Shown here: positions 1 to 10,500 of the stretch, one piece after another
How the letters are laid out: the number at the start of each line of letters is the position of its first letter
How positions within the stretch are numbered: position 1 is the first letter of the stretch
Assembly: GCF_036365525.1 (NCBI RefSeq)
Contig: NC_090421.1
Location: 2,993,327-3,057,326 of the forward strand
DNA from: Heterodontus francisci
Lineage: Eukaryota
Length of the DNA stretch: 64,000 nucleotides
Direction of reading: 5' to 3'
Notes under the pieces: generated by a model
The model's input: only the letters and a program-made list of their open reading frames with translations
Told to the model about the DNA's origin: nothing
The model's database searches: none
Position numbers and translations under genes: made by a program

Positions 1-9
1 GAATACGCC

Positions 10-110
10 TCTTTGACTTGGTGTTAAATTTTGCCTGATTACGCTCCTGTGAAACACCTTGGGAGGTTTTACCACATTAAAGGTGCTATATAAAGGCAAG
101 CTGTTGTTGT
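10..110 (+). mobile_element. L2-type LINE 3' end fragment
   Basis: ...taaaggtgctatataaaggcaagctgttgttg tail; a related sequence lies on the - strand at ~4240-4478. Confidence 0.55.
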
Positions 111-721
111 GTGAGTCAGCAGTCTGGCACCCACACACCCCTCGAATAAGAAAAATTTGCAGTAAATGGAATTAAACTGCACTCTTCACAAACTCTGGCA
201 TTAGAAAGAATAACGCGAGCTGGAAGAATATGTTTCATGACAATAACACATCAATGTGTGACTGCTGATGTAACAACAGTGACTGTACTTCAAAAGTGAT
301 CAATCCATTGGCTGTGAAATGCTTTGGGACATCCTGGGGATGTAAATGAAGGTGGCATGTAAATGTATGTCTCTTTGTCTCTCTGTATGTCTCTGGGCTT
401 TGTGTATATAAAATAATGCAGCCTGTGTGAAATAGACTCCAGTCTGTATAATATAACATATAACATACCAATATAACATACCAGCCTGTGTTTTATCCTG
501 TGTCTAGCAGTCTCCAAATGGTGTAATTGTGCATTAACACCTTCCAGCCTATATGTTATCCTATGTGCAACTCTTTCCAGTAGAATCTTGCTATACTGCT
601 GTGCTGTTTGTTGAACTGGAGGAAGCCTTGTATGTTACTTGTATATTGCCTACATGTGTATGTATGTCTTGTATGTTACCCATATGTGTTGTATAACCAA
701 TCAAATTCTTCACTTTTGCAG

Positions 722-936
722 TCAGTAACATTTCTTGGGGAGCGAATCTGTGACATTAGAATTAACCGGGATAATGTATCGGAAGTGCTGCGGATTTTCC
801 TGGAAGCCTACGGTGCTGAGCCTGAGCTCTGTGAAGGTCTGAAAAGCAAATCATTCCAGGCACATTGTTCCGAAAAAAAGGCGGCAGTGCTGGCCTTCCT
901 CGTCAATGAACTGCTGGGGAGCAGTGTGGTAATAAG
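722..936 (+). CDS. BAZ2A: BAZ2A internal coding exon (WHIM1 region); upstream exons lie outside the window
   Basis: ttttgcag| acceptor, |gtaaga donor. Encodes SVTFLGERICDIRINRDNVSEVLRIFLEAYGAEPELC...KAAVLAFLVNELLGS, matching BAZ2A RDNVSEILRCFLMAYGVEPALC...KAAVLAFLV as recalled. Confidence 0.92.
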
Positions 937-1074
937 GTAAGAGGCAAAACATGGAACTTGTTTAACTTACAGAAGAGCCTGCCATCGAGTGGCATTAATA
1001 CTGGCTCTGCTGAAACGCTAAAAAAAAGGAATGGTCAATTCTTGGTCCGTGCTGAGTTAGCTGATTTCTGTCAT

Positions 1075-1128
1075 TTGTCTCTCTTTCTGTCTCTCTCTCT
1101 GTCTCTCCCTCACTCTCTCTCTCTCTCT
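1075..1128 (+). repeat. (CT)n microsatellite, imperfect
   Basis: Visible ct/ctgt repeats. Confidence 0.8.
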
Positions 1129-1522
1129 GGCTCTGACAGGAGTTACCAGAACTGTGGGTGTGTCTCTTATGGAGCTGTGTATCCACTTTGTCTCTGAGTT
1201 AGTGCCAATACAGTTGAGATTGGGAACTAATTAGAGTGAAAGATTGAGGGCGTACCTGTATCCTTCTCCAGTGTGAGTTGGGGTAGGTGCATATTGGAGA
1301 TTGAGTCAGCCTGGGCCACACTCCTCATAGCTACTTAGGGGCAGCCTTGGCAGAGGCCTAGTACCAGGTCAGCTGCCCTCTGAACCAACCAATGGGAATG
1401 GAGAACCTGAAAGAAGAAAACAAATAACGAAGAAAAAGGATCCAAAGACAATATGTAAAACATTCCTGTGAAGAAAGCTATGTATTAAAGAATGTCTCTT
1501 GATTTGTTTTAACTCTATGCAG

Positions 1523-1597
1523 GGAAATAGATAAAAACATAGACCATCGAGCCAACATTCGGAAGAACAAGTGGATTGTGGAAGGAAAATTGAGGAG
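1523..1597 (+). CDS. BAZ2A: BAZ2A coding exon
   Basis: tatgcag|...|gtaagg. Encodes EIDKNIDHRANIRKNKWIVEGKLR. Phase 2 joins are consistent with both neighbours. Confidence 0.92.
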
Positions 1598-2722
1598 GTA
1601 AGGCATTCCACTTGCTGTCTCTTTGTAGCAAAAAAAAGTTCAATTTAAAGAGTGAGTCTGGACCTCATGGATTCCTCCTACAAACCAAATCTGTTAATCT
1701 ACATCCTCTTTTTCTGTTTGCCCCAGGGTAACACCGAAATTATGGCATTAACAGCAAGTGAATAAGTGATATGCACTCTGGTGTCTGAGCTAGTCAGGAG
1801 GACGTGTGAGAGTGAGGCTATGATAACTTCCTCTGATTTAAAAAAAAAATCTTTCTCAACCCCTTGGTATGGGAAACATTCTGGCGTTCAGTACCTCTCC
1901 CAGAGTGGCACAACTAAGATTGACAGCTTAACAGAGTGGTGAATTGTGAATATGAACCTGGATCATACTCTGGTGCCTGGCATTGTTCATTCAGGCTATT
2001 TTTGTTTATTTTTTAAGCTGTGAATCATCATTAAGTGCTGTCTTCCAAGGTATTATTAAACCTCATTGTGCGATGGATGTGAACTCGTACATACTTTAGT
2101 ACATACACGCTCATTAACCAAACATAGCAGCATGACTAGCTATTAATTCAGCTCTTTCCTAAGCTCAGTGACCCTTCGAATCCAGTATCTCCCCATGATG
2201 TCACAAAACTGTGAATCATAAACACAGCTCTGCTGCTGGCCCAGTGGGTCATGCATTGCTTGCTGCATTGTTGAGCCATATATACCAAAAGGCTCCTGGT
2301 TCAATCCCAGGTCTGTTCCGAGTTGGCTGATCTCAGTTGGGGCAGCAGTTGGGGTTTTACAATTGGCCTCAGCAGCTTCTGGGATAGGGTGGAGAAATCA
2401 GCTCGGGTTTTTAATCATTTCAGCATATGTATATATATATCAGGTGAGGAAAGATTAGGGTTGACTGTGAAGTCCTCCGCATTCTAATAACCTGTGTACA
2501 GCCGCCACATGTGGACTATTTGCCCCTAAATTGGGCGCCCATTTAAGTTTGTTATGGGATTCCTCGCTCTGACCCAAAAATACAGGATATAAAATGGAGA
2601 AACTAGCACCTGGGAATTATTTGAAGTTATTTGCATGCAGCGAGTTGCTTTGTTTTTCAGTCTCGCTACAAGTGAGAGGCTTGCTTCACTCCTGCCAAGC
2701 TGCAGAAGCTGTTATTGAGGAG

Positions 2723-2962
2723 TAAAAACAAGAAATGCTGGAACCACTCAGCAGGTCTGGCAGCATCTGTGAAAAGAGAAGCAGAGTTAACGTTTCGGGT
2801 CAGTGACCCTTCATCGTTCATGAGTTCCGATGAAGGGTCACTGACCCGAAACGTTAACTCTGCTTCTCTTTTCACAGATGCTGCCAGACCTGCTGAGTGG
2901 TTCCAGCATTTCTTGTTTTTATTTCAGATTTCCAGCATCTGCAGTATTTTGCTTTTATTTTA
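2723..2962. mobile_element. Non-autonomous Penelope-like element: inverted duplication of the terminal repeat carrying a hammerhead-like motif
   Basis: 94-bp arms 2723-2816 and 2828-2921. 14-bp TSD ctgttattgaggag at 2709-2722 and 2963-2976. Matches the terminus of the Penelope copy at 57635-57771. Confidence 0.85.
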
Positions 2963-3078
2963 CTGTTATTGAGGAGAATTTCTAAGCTCTGCACTGTGAT
3001 TCTCTGCAAATTGTTAACTGAAGACAAAGTGAGGTGAAAGACTTTTTTATTTTGTTCATTTCTCCTGATGATCGGTAG

Positions 3079-3271
3079 ATTAAAGAGAGCTCTGGCAAAG
3101 AAGAAAGGGATTCGCGAGCCCGATTGCAATGTGGAGGGCAGGAGAAGGAAACAAGGCCTCGATTCTGAAGAAGACCACAACAGTACTGCAGCAGGCAACG
3201 GGAATGAAGAGAGTGCGAAGGAGGAAACTAAAGAAAAATCATCAGAAAGAAGGACCGATGGAACTAATAAG
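3079..3271 (+). CDS. BAZ2A: BAZ2A coding exon
   Basis: ggtag|...aag|gttaat. Encodes RLKRALAKKKGIREPD...GTNK. Phase 2 in, phase 0 out. Confidence 0.85.
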
Positions 3272-4239
3272 GTTAATTGATGTTTCAGGCTGTTTCTTTT
3301 AACCACCAAATATTCCTTACCCTTTGTCTAACTTCCTGTATGTGTCACATCCATTCCCTAGCTAATGCAACAAAGAAAGGAGCACTTCTTCAAATGTCCC
3401 TCTGTAACTGATGCTACAAGGTATGCGAAAGTGACTGAGGTCACTCTCTCAACCCCTGAAATCATCCTTCTCTGCAGATTGCTCTGGCAGATATTCGATG
3501 CCTCCCAGGGCAGCCCCAGTTGCTCTAGATGACTTCAAACCAGCCTGGAAACTGATTCAAAGCCATCAGAGCCCTGGGAAAATGCTGCATACCCACATAG
3601 TTGTCAGGATTGTTGTCTGATGTTGTGTTACCAGAGCTACTGGGCTTCCAGCCCACCTTACTGCCAATGTTCTCTTGTGCATGCTTAATCGTTTAGCGCA
3701 AAAAAACATTAACAAGACTTTTAAATAACAAAATTTGTAAGAGGCTTGTCATGGAGTGGCACAGGTCACACTTGTTACACATAGAATTACATAGAATATA
3801 CAGAACAGAAAAAGGCCATTTGGCCCAAACAGTCAATGCCGGCGTTTATACTCCACTCTTGGGAAGTGCTGCCGAAGAAGCCTTGGCAAGTTGCTGCAGT
3901 GCATTTTGTAGACAGCACACATTGTGGCCACAGTGCACCAGTCTTCTGATCAGGACAGGTATCTGGTGACATCACTGATTTGAAATGTGGGTTAATGGCC
4001 CATTTCATCTCTGCTAGCTCTTTCAAACCCGATCTGCAGCTTCAGTTCATTTTATGATCAATTGATGAACGGCGTTTGGATCCATCTGTGGTAGTTATCA
4101 GTATATGGGCTGCATTTGATATTCAGATTTGATGAAGCAATTCCCTTTTAACTAAATTTCAATATATAAAAAAAAATATGCTATTTGTGCCCAACAAGGG
4201 AAGGGGTGTTAGGCCTGGGAATGGAATGTTCTCCAACAG

Positions 4240-4478
4240 CTTGTAAAAACATCCTAAGGCGCTTCACAGAAGCGATTATCAAACAGTATTTGACACTGAG
4301 CCGCATTAGAAGATATTAAGGTAAATGACCAAAAGCTTGGTCAAAGAGGTACATTTTAAGGTGTGTCTTAAAGGTGGAAAGAGGGGTAGAAATGCAGATA
4401 GGTTTAGGAAGGGAATTCCAGAGCTTCAGGCCTTGGCAGCTGAAGGCACGGCCGCCAATGAGGGAGCAATTAAAATCA
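4240..4478 (-). mobile_element. L2-type LINE 3' fragment
   Basis: Related to the reverse complement of the element at 10-110; truncated where the tandem array begins. Confidence 0.5.
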
Positions 4479-4784
4479 AACACTCCCAGGGCAGCTACAG
4501 CACGGGGTTAAATACAGAGTAAAGCTCCCTCTACACTGTCCCCATCAAACACTCCCCAGGACAGGTACAGTACAAGGGGTTAGATACAGAGTAAAGCTCC
4601 CTCTACACTGTCCCCATCAAACACTCCCAGGACAGGTACAGTACAGGGGGTTAGATACAGAGTAAAGCTCCCTCTACACTGTCCCATCAAACACTCCCAG
4701 GACAGGTACAGTACAGGGGGTTAGATACAGAGTAAAGCTCCCTCTACACTGTCCCATCAAACACTCCCAGGACAGGTACAGCAC
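4476..4784 (+). repeat. ~70-bp tandem repeat array, left part (~4.4 units); target of the Tx1 insertions
   Basis: Unit ggggttagatacagagtaaagctccctctacactgtcccatcaaacactcccaggacaggtacagcac. Period 70-72 bp (tta register at 4508, 4580, 4651, 4721). Confidence 0.95.
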
Positions 4785-5466
4785 TGGGATTGGCTGCTCT
4801 CTGATTTGGGAGCCTGAGTGTTGAGAGCCTCAACGAGGTGCAGCTGAGAGTGCTGGTGGCAGTTGGAGGTTGCAGAGGTGGAGAGAGGAGCTGCACTGAG
4901 CAAGGGAGAGCAGCTACCAACAAGCAGAGGAAAACTCCAACAACAGTCTCCATTAAAGAGAAGAAAGAGACATTTTTTGGAACAAGGCTTTGTCTGGAGG
5001 TGGGTGCTGAACACCAGTAATTTACTTTGGACTGTTGGGGGAGGAACAAGTGGCTGGAACAACAAGGGGTGGGGCTGCCAATTCAACAGGAGTCTGTGCT
5101 GCTGCAAAAGCACACAGGGAAGCTCCCTCCCCACCCCAATTGCCAAACCTGGGTCAGCTGAAGCTGCCCAGCTAAACAGACGGAAGGGGATAGATAGTGC
5201 CTGGGCAGCTTCAGCTGACCCAGGTGAAGACGACTCCCCCAACCAGAAGACCGGAAGACCAACTTCAAAGACTGTTTGTTTTAAGTGTACTGTGAGCACC
5301 ACCTCCAGAAAGCAAGTCATCCCTTCCAGCCTGCCTTTGCCTCTCCTCTCTTACCTCAGCCTCTCCACTAACCTGTTGTTTGTTTGTTTGTCTTTTCAAA
5401 TTTTTCTGTGAATCTGTTATTTAGTGTGCAAGTCCACAATTTGGGGTGGGTTTAGCTCTTGGACCC

Positions 5467-7509
5467 ATGGCAAGCCCTTCATCACCGGTGGCGGGGCCCT
5501 CTACTACCTACGCAGCTGCAGCTTCTGTGGCTGCCCACGTGGCCCCGTCACCCTTTAAATTATTGACATGCAGCCATGGGGTGAAGAGCTATCCCCACCC
5601 CAACATGTCTATTGAGGCCTGCGTTAAGGCAATGGCCGTGGTTGTCGGCCCCTCGGCCATTGTTGCGGCCTCAAAAATGTATGGGAAGGCTGTGTTCTTT
5701 TTGAAGACTGAGCGGGCGGTGTCCCTGGCCCTGAGTAAAGGGCTCACTGTGGGGGGGACCTTCCTGCCAGTGGACCCTCTGGGGGCCACTGCGCATCGGA
5801 TAATGTTGTCCAACGTCCCACCCTTCATTCCCAGTGAGCTCCTCCTCCCCCACCTACACCATCTGGGGGAGGTGAGGTCGGGGATCACCCCAGTCCGGCT
5901 TGGTCTTCGGGAGCACAGCCTCCAACATGTCTACTCCTTCCGCCGCCAGTTATTTATGCAGCTGGCGCGGGAGGAGGACACGGAGGGCCAATTTAATGTG
6001 GAGTTCCAGGGGACGGCCTACCGCGTCTTTTGGACCTCGGACGGGGCGCGGTGCCACGTCTGCAAGGGGGTGGGGCATGTTCGGAAGAACTGCCCCAACC
6101 TCCCGGCCGCCAGCTCCACCTCGGCGGCCCAGAGTGGTTCCACAGCACCTCCTCCCACTCCCCCCGCACATCCAACAGACACCGCTCAGTCGGTTCCGGA
6201 GGCTGTGGTTTTCACAGCCTCTGGCGGGGAGGGGAGCGTCCGTCCGAGCGGAAGGAAGACGCGGGGAAAAAAGAAACATCGTGAGGCGCGTCCCCTGGAC
6301 ACTTTGACTCAACCCGAGCCTGAGCTCAGCCCAAAGCCCATTCCCATGGAATCCACCTGTCCCAGGGCTGGGCTCAGGCCCAGGGTGACTAAAAAAGGAA
6401 AAAAGGGTGCGGAGGCGGAGGCCTCTGATGACATGGAGGTCTCTGAGTCTCCGCGCCCAAGTGCGAAAAAGAGGAGAAGGCACCCCTCCACAGAAATAAC
6501 ACAGGGCCCTGAGGTGCAGGGCCCATCTGTTGGAGGGGAGCTGCCTCCTGTTTCTGGTCCTCAGGTGCCCCCTACCGCCACCACCAAGGCTGCAAAGTCC
6601 GGGCAGGTGCTCCCTATTCCTCAGGATGGAGGGGAGGGGATGGCCCCGGTACGTGAGGCCCCTCCTGAAGGAGTAAGTGGGGCCCTGCTTGTGGTGGGGG
6701 AGCCTGGGGAAACCGCCCATTCCGCCACTGCTACTGGGTCGGGTGTCCTGAATGAAGGGGAGGGCGAGGCCCCAGAGGGTCGGGCCTCCCAGCCGGAGTC
6801 CACCACCAACCAGGAGACACCCGACCCAGTTATAACTGAGAATGCTGCCCCATCTGCTGGGCCTGTGGGTGCTGGCGGAGCGGGAGATGGCCTCCTCTCG
6901 CCGCCTCCAGTCTCGGCTCCGGCTGGTTTCCCGGAGTCCGGAACTTCTGTCTCCCCTGGACCAGTCATTGGCCTGGGGATGGAGGTGGAGGGGGGTCCTG
7001 AACCGCTGGTGCCTACAGGCTCCAGTTTCACAATAGAACCCAGAGAGGACTCCTCCGCCATCGATCCTGGGGGTGGGATCGTGACGGAGGCGGGACCAGC
7101 TGGCGCGGCCGGGACGTCCGCCCCACAGTGTGTGGTGGATGTGTCGGCCGCTGGCGGTGACGACCCGGAGGAGGATGGGGATTCGGTGCGGGGCACGGAG
7201 GATGATCTTGATTCCATCGCCAGTGAGGTGGTGGAGTCCCTCGTGCCTCCCACCGAATCTCCTCTCATCCCCACGGCGGAACTCCGGGATTTCCTCGCGG
7301 CTTGCAGAGGTTGCCGCAATAAAGTTCAGCTGGCCCTCGACCGTTGGTCGAATCTGGCGCTGATCATCCAGTCCGTCCGTGCCGCCCTTAAGATAGCGGG
7401 CAAGCGCGCGGACGTGAAACTGGTTGAGAGGCGCCGTTTTAATGTGTTCCTCAATGGGTTGCTGGGGGAGTGGAGGGCCAGGTGCACTTCCACTCCCTCC
7501 TCACAGTGA
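5467..7509 (+). CDS. Tx1 ORF1 protein (CCHC zinc knuckle; ZCCHC3/Tx1-ORF1-like), copy 1
   Basis: First ATG in cccATGg context; CHVCKGVGHVRKNC knuckle; long Pro/Gly/Glu-rich C-terminal half. Confidence 0.9.
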   Translation: MASPSSPVAGPSTTYAAAASVAAHVAPSPFKLLTCSHGVKSYPHPNMSIEACVKAMAVVVGPSAIVAASKMYGKAVFFLKTERAVSLALSKGLTVGGTFLPVDPLGATAHRIMLSNVPPFIPSELLLPHLHHLGEVRSGITPVRLGLREHSLQHVYSFRRQLFMQLAREEDTEGQFNVEFQGTAYRVFWTSDGARCHVCKGVGHVRKNCPNLPAASSTSAAQSGSTAPPPTPPAHPTDTAQSVPEAVVFTASGGEGSVRPSGRKTRGKKKHREARPLDTLTQPEPELSPKPIPMESTCPRAGLRPRVTKKGKKGAEAEASDDMEVSESPRPSAKKRRRHPSTEITQGPEVQGPSVGGELPPVSGPQVPPTATTKAAKSGQVLPIPQDGGEGMAPVREAPPEGVSGALLVVGEPGETAHSATATGSGVLNEGEGEAPEGRASQPESTTNQETPDPVITENAAPSAGPVGAGGAGDGLLSPPPVSAPAGFPESGTSVSPGPVIGLGMEVEGGPEPLVPTGSSFTIEPREDSSAIDPGGGIVTEAGPAGAAGTSAPQCVVDVSAAGGDDPEEDGDSVRGTEDDLDSIASEVVESLVPPTESPLIPTAELRDFLAACRGCRNKVQLALDRWSNLALIIQSVRAALKIAGKRADVKLVERRRFNVFLNGLLGEWRARCTSTPSSQ

Positions 7510-7541
7510 GCTGTTGGTGACGGGTTTTACGTACCTTTGAC

Positions 7542-10500
7542 ATGAAGATAACCATAGCCAGCCTCAACATCAACGGCAGCAGAGGGGCTCACCGCAGATT
7601 TCACAATCTCTCAGTCCTTAGGGAAGGGAGATACGCGGTGAGCTTTCTGCAGGAAACCCACACCGTTCCGGGAGACGAAGCCACCTGGCTCCTGGAGTGG
7701 CAGGGTGGGGTCTACATGAGTCACCTCACCCCTATTTCTAGTGGGGTGGCTATCTTGTTGGCCCCGACTTTTCAGCCGGAGATCTTGGGGGTCAAGGAGC
7801 TAGTGCCGGGCCGCTTGCTCCACCTCGCCGTTCGCCTGGGTAGCGTGCCGCTCCACTTTGTGAACGTGTACGCGCCCAGGCCCGGCGCTTTGCAAGCGCG
7901 CTTCTTTGAAGAAGTGTCCGCTCTCTTGAGCTCCATCGACAGCGGCGAGTGCATCATCCTCGGGGGGGATTTTAACTGCACCCTCGAGGTGGGGGATCGC
8001 TCCGGTCCCCAGCGCGGCCAAGCGTCGGTGGAGAAGTTGAGGGGACTGATCAGCTCCCTTAACTTGGTGGACGTCTGGCGGAATCTCCATCCCGACTCCA
8101 GCGCCTTCACGTGGAGGTCTGGAGGAGGGGGGTCGCGAATCGACCGCCTCTACATTTCGCAGGCGTACGTCTCCCGCGTTTCGGCGGCCTCCATGCGGCT
8201 GGTGCCGTGCTCGGACCACCGCCTGGTGTGGGCGGAGTTCACTCCGCTCCGCACGCGGGCGGGGTCCGCGTACTGGCACTTTAACAACCGGCTGCTGGAG
8301 GACGTGCGATTTCGGGACTCGTTCTGTCGATTCTGGACCGACTGGAGAAGGAAGCAGGGGGGCTTCCCCTCCTTGAGGCTATGGTGGGATGTGGGCAAGA
8401 CTCACATCCGCGTCTTCTGTCAGGAGTACGCGAAGGGGTCGACCAAGAGGCGGGAAGCCGAGGTCGGGCGCCTTGAGAGGGAGGTGCTCGACTTGGAATC
8501 CCGCCTCGGTCATGCCGTCGCGGACCCGGCCCTGTGGCAGGCGTACAAAGAGAAGAAGGGCGCGCTGAGGAACCTGCAGCTCATAGGGTCCCGAGGCGCG
8601 TACGTGAGGTCGCGGATCCAGATCCTGGAAGATTTGGACCGCGCCTCACCCTTCTTCTACTCGCTGGAAAAATGGCGGGGGGTCCGTAAGCAGCTTGTCG
8701 AGCTGCTGGCCGACGACGGATCCTCCATCACGGATCCGGAGGGAATGGGCCTCCTGGTCCGGACGTATTACAGTGCGTTGTTCTCTCCGGATCCGTCCAG
8801 CGAGGATGCGCGCAGAGTTTTGTGGGAGGACCTGCCGCAGGTCAGCCCGGAGGGCGCCGAAGGATTGGAGGCTCCGCTCACGTTGGCGGAGCTGACTGGC
8901 GCCCTCCACCAGCTCTCGAGGGGCAAATCCCCAGGGCTGGATGGGTTGACCGTGGAGTTCCTCAGGGCGTTCTGGGACGTCCTGGGGGACGATTACGCGC
9001 GGGTCCTGGGGGAAAGCCTGGCGACCGGGGAGATGCCCCTCTCGTGGCGCAGGGCGGTCATCGTCCTGCTGCCGAAGAGGGGCGATCTCCGCCTGCTTAA
9101 AAACTGGCGTCCGGTCTCCCTCCTCAGCACGGATTATAAGATCTTTGCCCGGGCTATGTCTACCCGCCTGGGCTCCGTGCTGGCCCACATGATCCACCCC
9201 GACCAGTCCTACACGGTCCCGGGCCGGTCCATCCAGGACAACATCCACCTGGTCCGGGACCTGATCCATCTTTCCCAGAGGACTGGTCAGTCGGTCGCCT
9301 TTCTCTCCCTCGATCAGGAGAAGGCGTTCGACAGGGTGGATCACGATTACCTTTTCGGGACTCTGCGCGCTTTCGGACTCGGGCCGCATTTCGTGGCCCG
9401 GGTCCGACTTTTATACGCCGCCGCAGAGTGTCTAGTCAAAGTTAACGGGTCCTTGACGGCGCCCCTTCGATTTGGGAGAGGAGTGCGTCAGGGATGCCCC
9501 ATGTCCGGCCAATTGTATACCATCTGCGTGGAGCCCTTCCTGTGCCTGCTTCGCAGGAGGTTGACGGGATTGGCTCTGCGCGAGCCGGCCATGCGGGTCG
9601 TCCTCTCGGCTTACGCCGACGACGTGCTCCTCGCAATCACAGATCCCGTTGACTCGCGGAGGATGCGCGACTGCCAGCAGACCTTTTCTGCCGCGTCCTC
9701 CGCGAGGATCAATTGGGAGAAATGTTCCGGACTCCTGGTTGGTCAGTGGCGGGTGGATTCCCTGCCGGAGGAGATGACACCTTTTGCGTGGAGCACCACG
9801 CACCTCCTCTATCTGGGAGTCCACCTTAGCCCCGCTGAGGAAGCCTGGCCGGCAAACTGGCAGGAGTTGGAGGCGAAAGTCACCGCTCGGCTGGGGCGCT
9901 GGACAGGACTGCTCCGAGTGCTTTCCTACAGGGGCCGAGCGTTGGTCATAAACCAACTGGTGGCCTCCATGCTGTGGTACCGGTTGGTCACTTTGGCCCC
10001 GCCCCCTGTATTTGCCACCAAGATCCAGAAGAAACTCGTCGATTTCTTCTGGGGCAAGAGGAAACACTGGGTCTCTGCCGCGGTCCTGAGTCTCCCGATC
10101 GAGGAGGGCGGTCAGTCGCTGGTGTGCGTCCGCACCCAGGCTGCGACTCTCCGCCTTCGGACCCTGCAGAGATACCTGTACGTCGAGCGTCCTCCCAGAT
10201 GGTGTGCGCTGGCGACGTATTTTTTCCGTCAGTGTCACTGCCTTCAAGACGACACGCAGCTCCCGGTGGAGTCCGTTAGCCGCGCCTCTCTGAGGGAGTT
10301 GCCTGTCTTTTACCGGGATCTTTTCCGAGTCTGGAACATGGTCGCCTCCAGTCAGGGCGCTCCCCCGCCGGCGGAGGAGAGCGCCTCGGCTGTCCGGGCG
10401 GCCGACTCCGGGGACGGTCCGGCGGGCGGAGGAGTAGCTGAAACCCCCGGGACGCCCCTCACTGTGGGTGGCGAGGGGGCTCGGGAGTGCGGAGCGATCC

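Noticed and set aside
4476-4784. 70-bp array as a CRISPR-like array
   Set aside because: There are no unique spacers; the whole unit repeats, and the context is eukaryotic.
4863-5411. 182-aa ORF in the Tx1 5'UTR as an ORF0
   Set aside because: It starts at TTG rather than ATG and has no motifs. Its presence in both copies only reflects their high identity.
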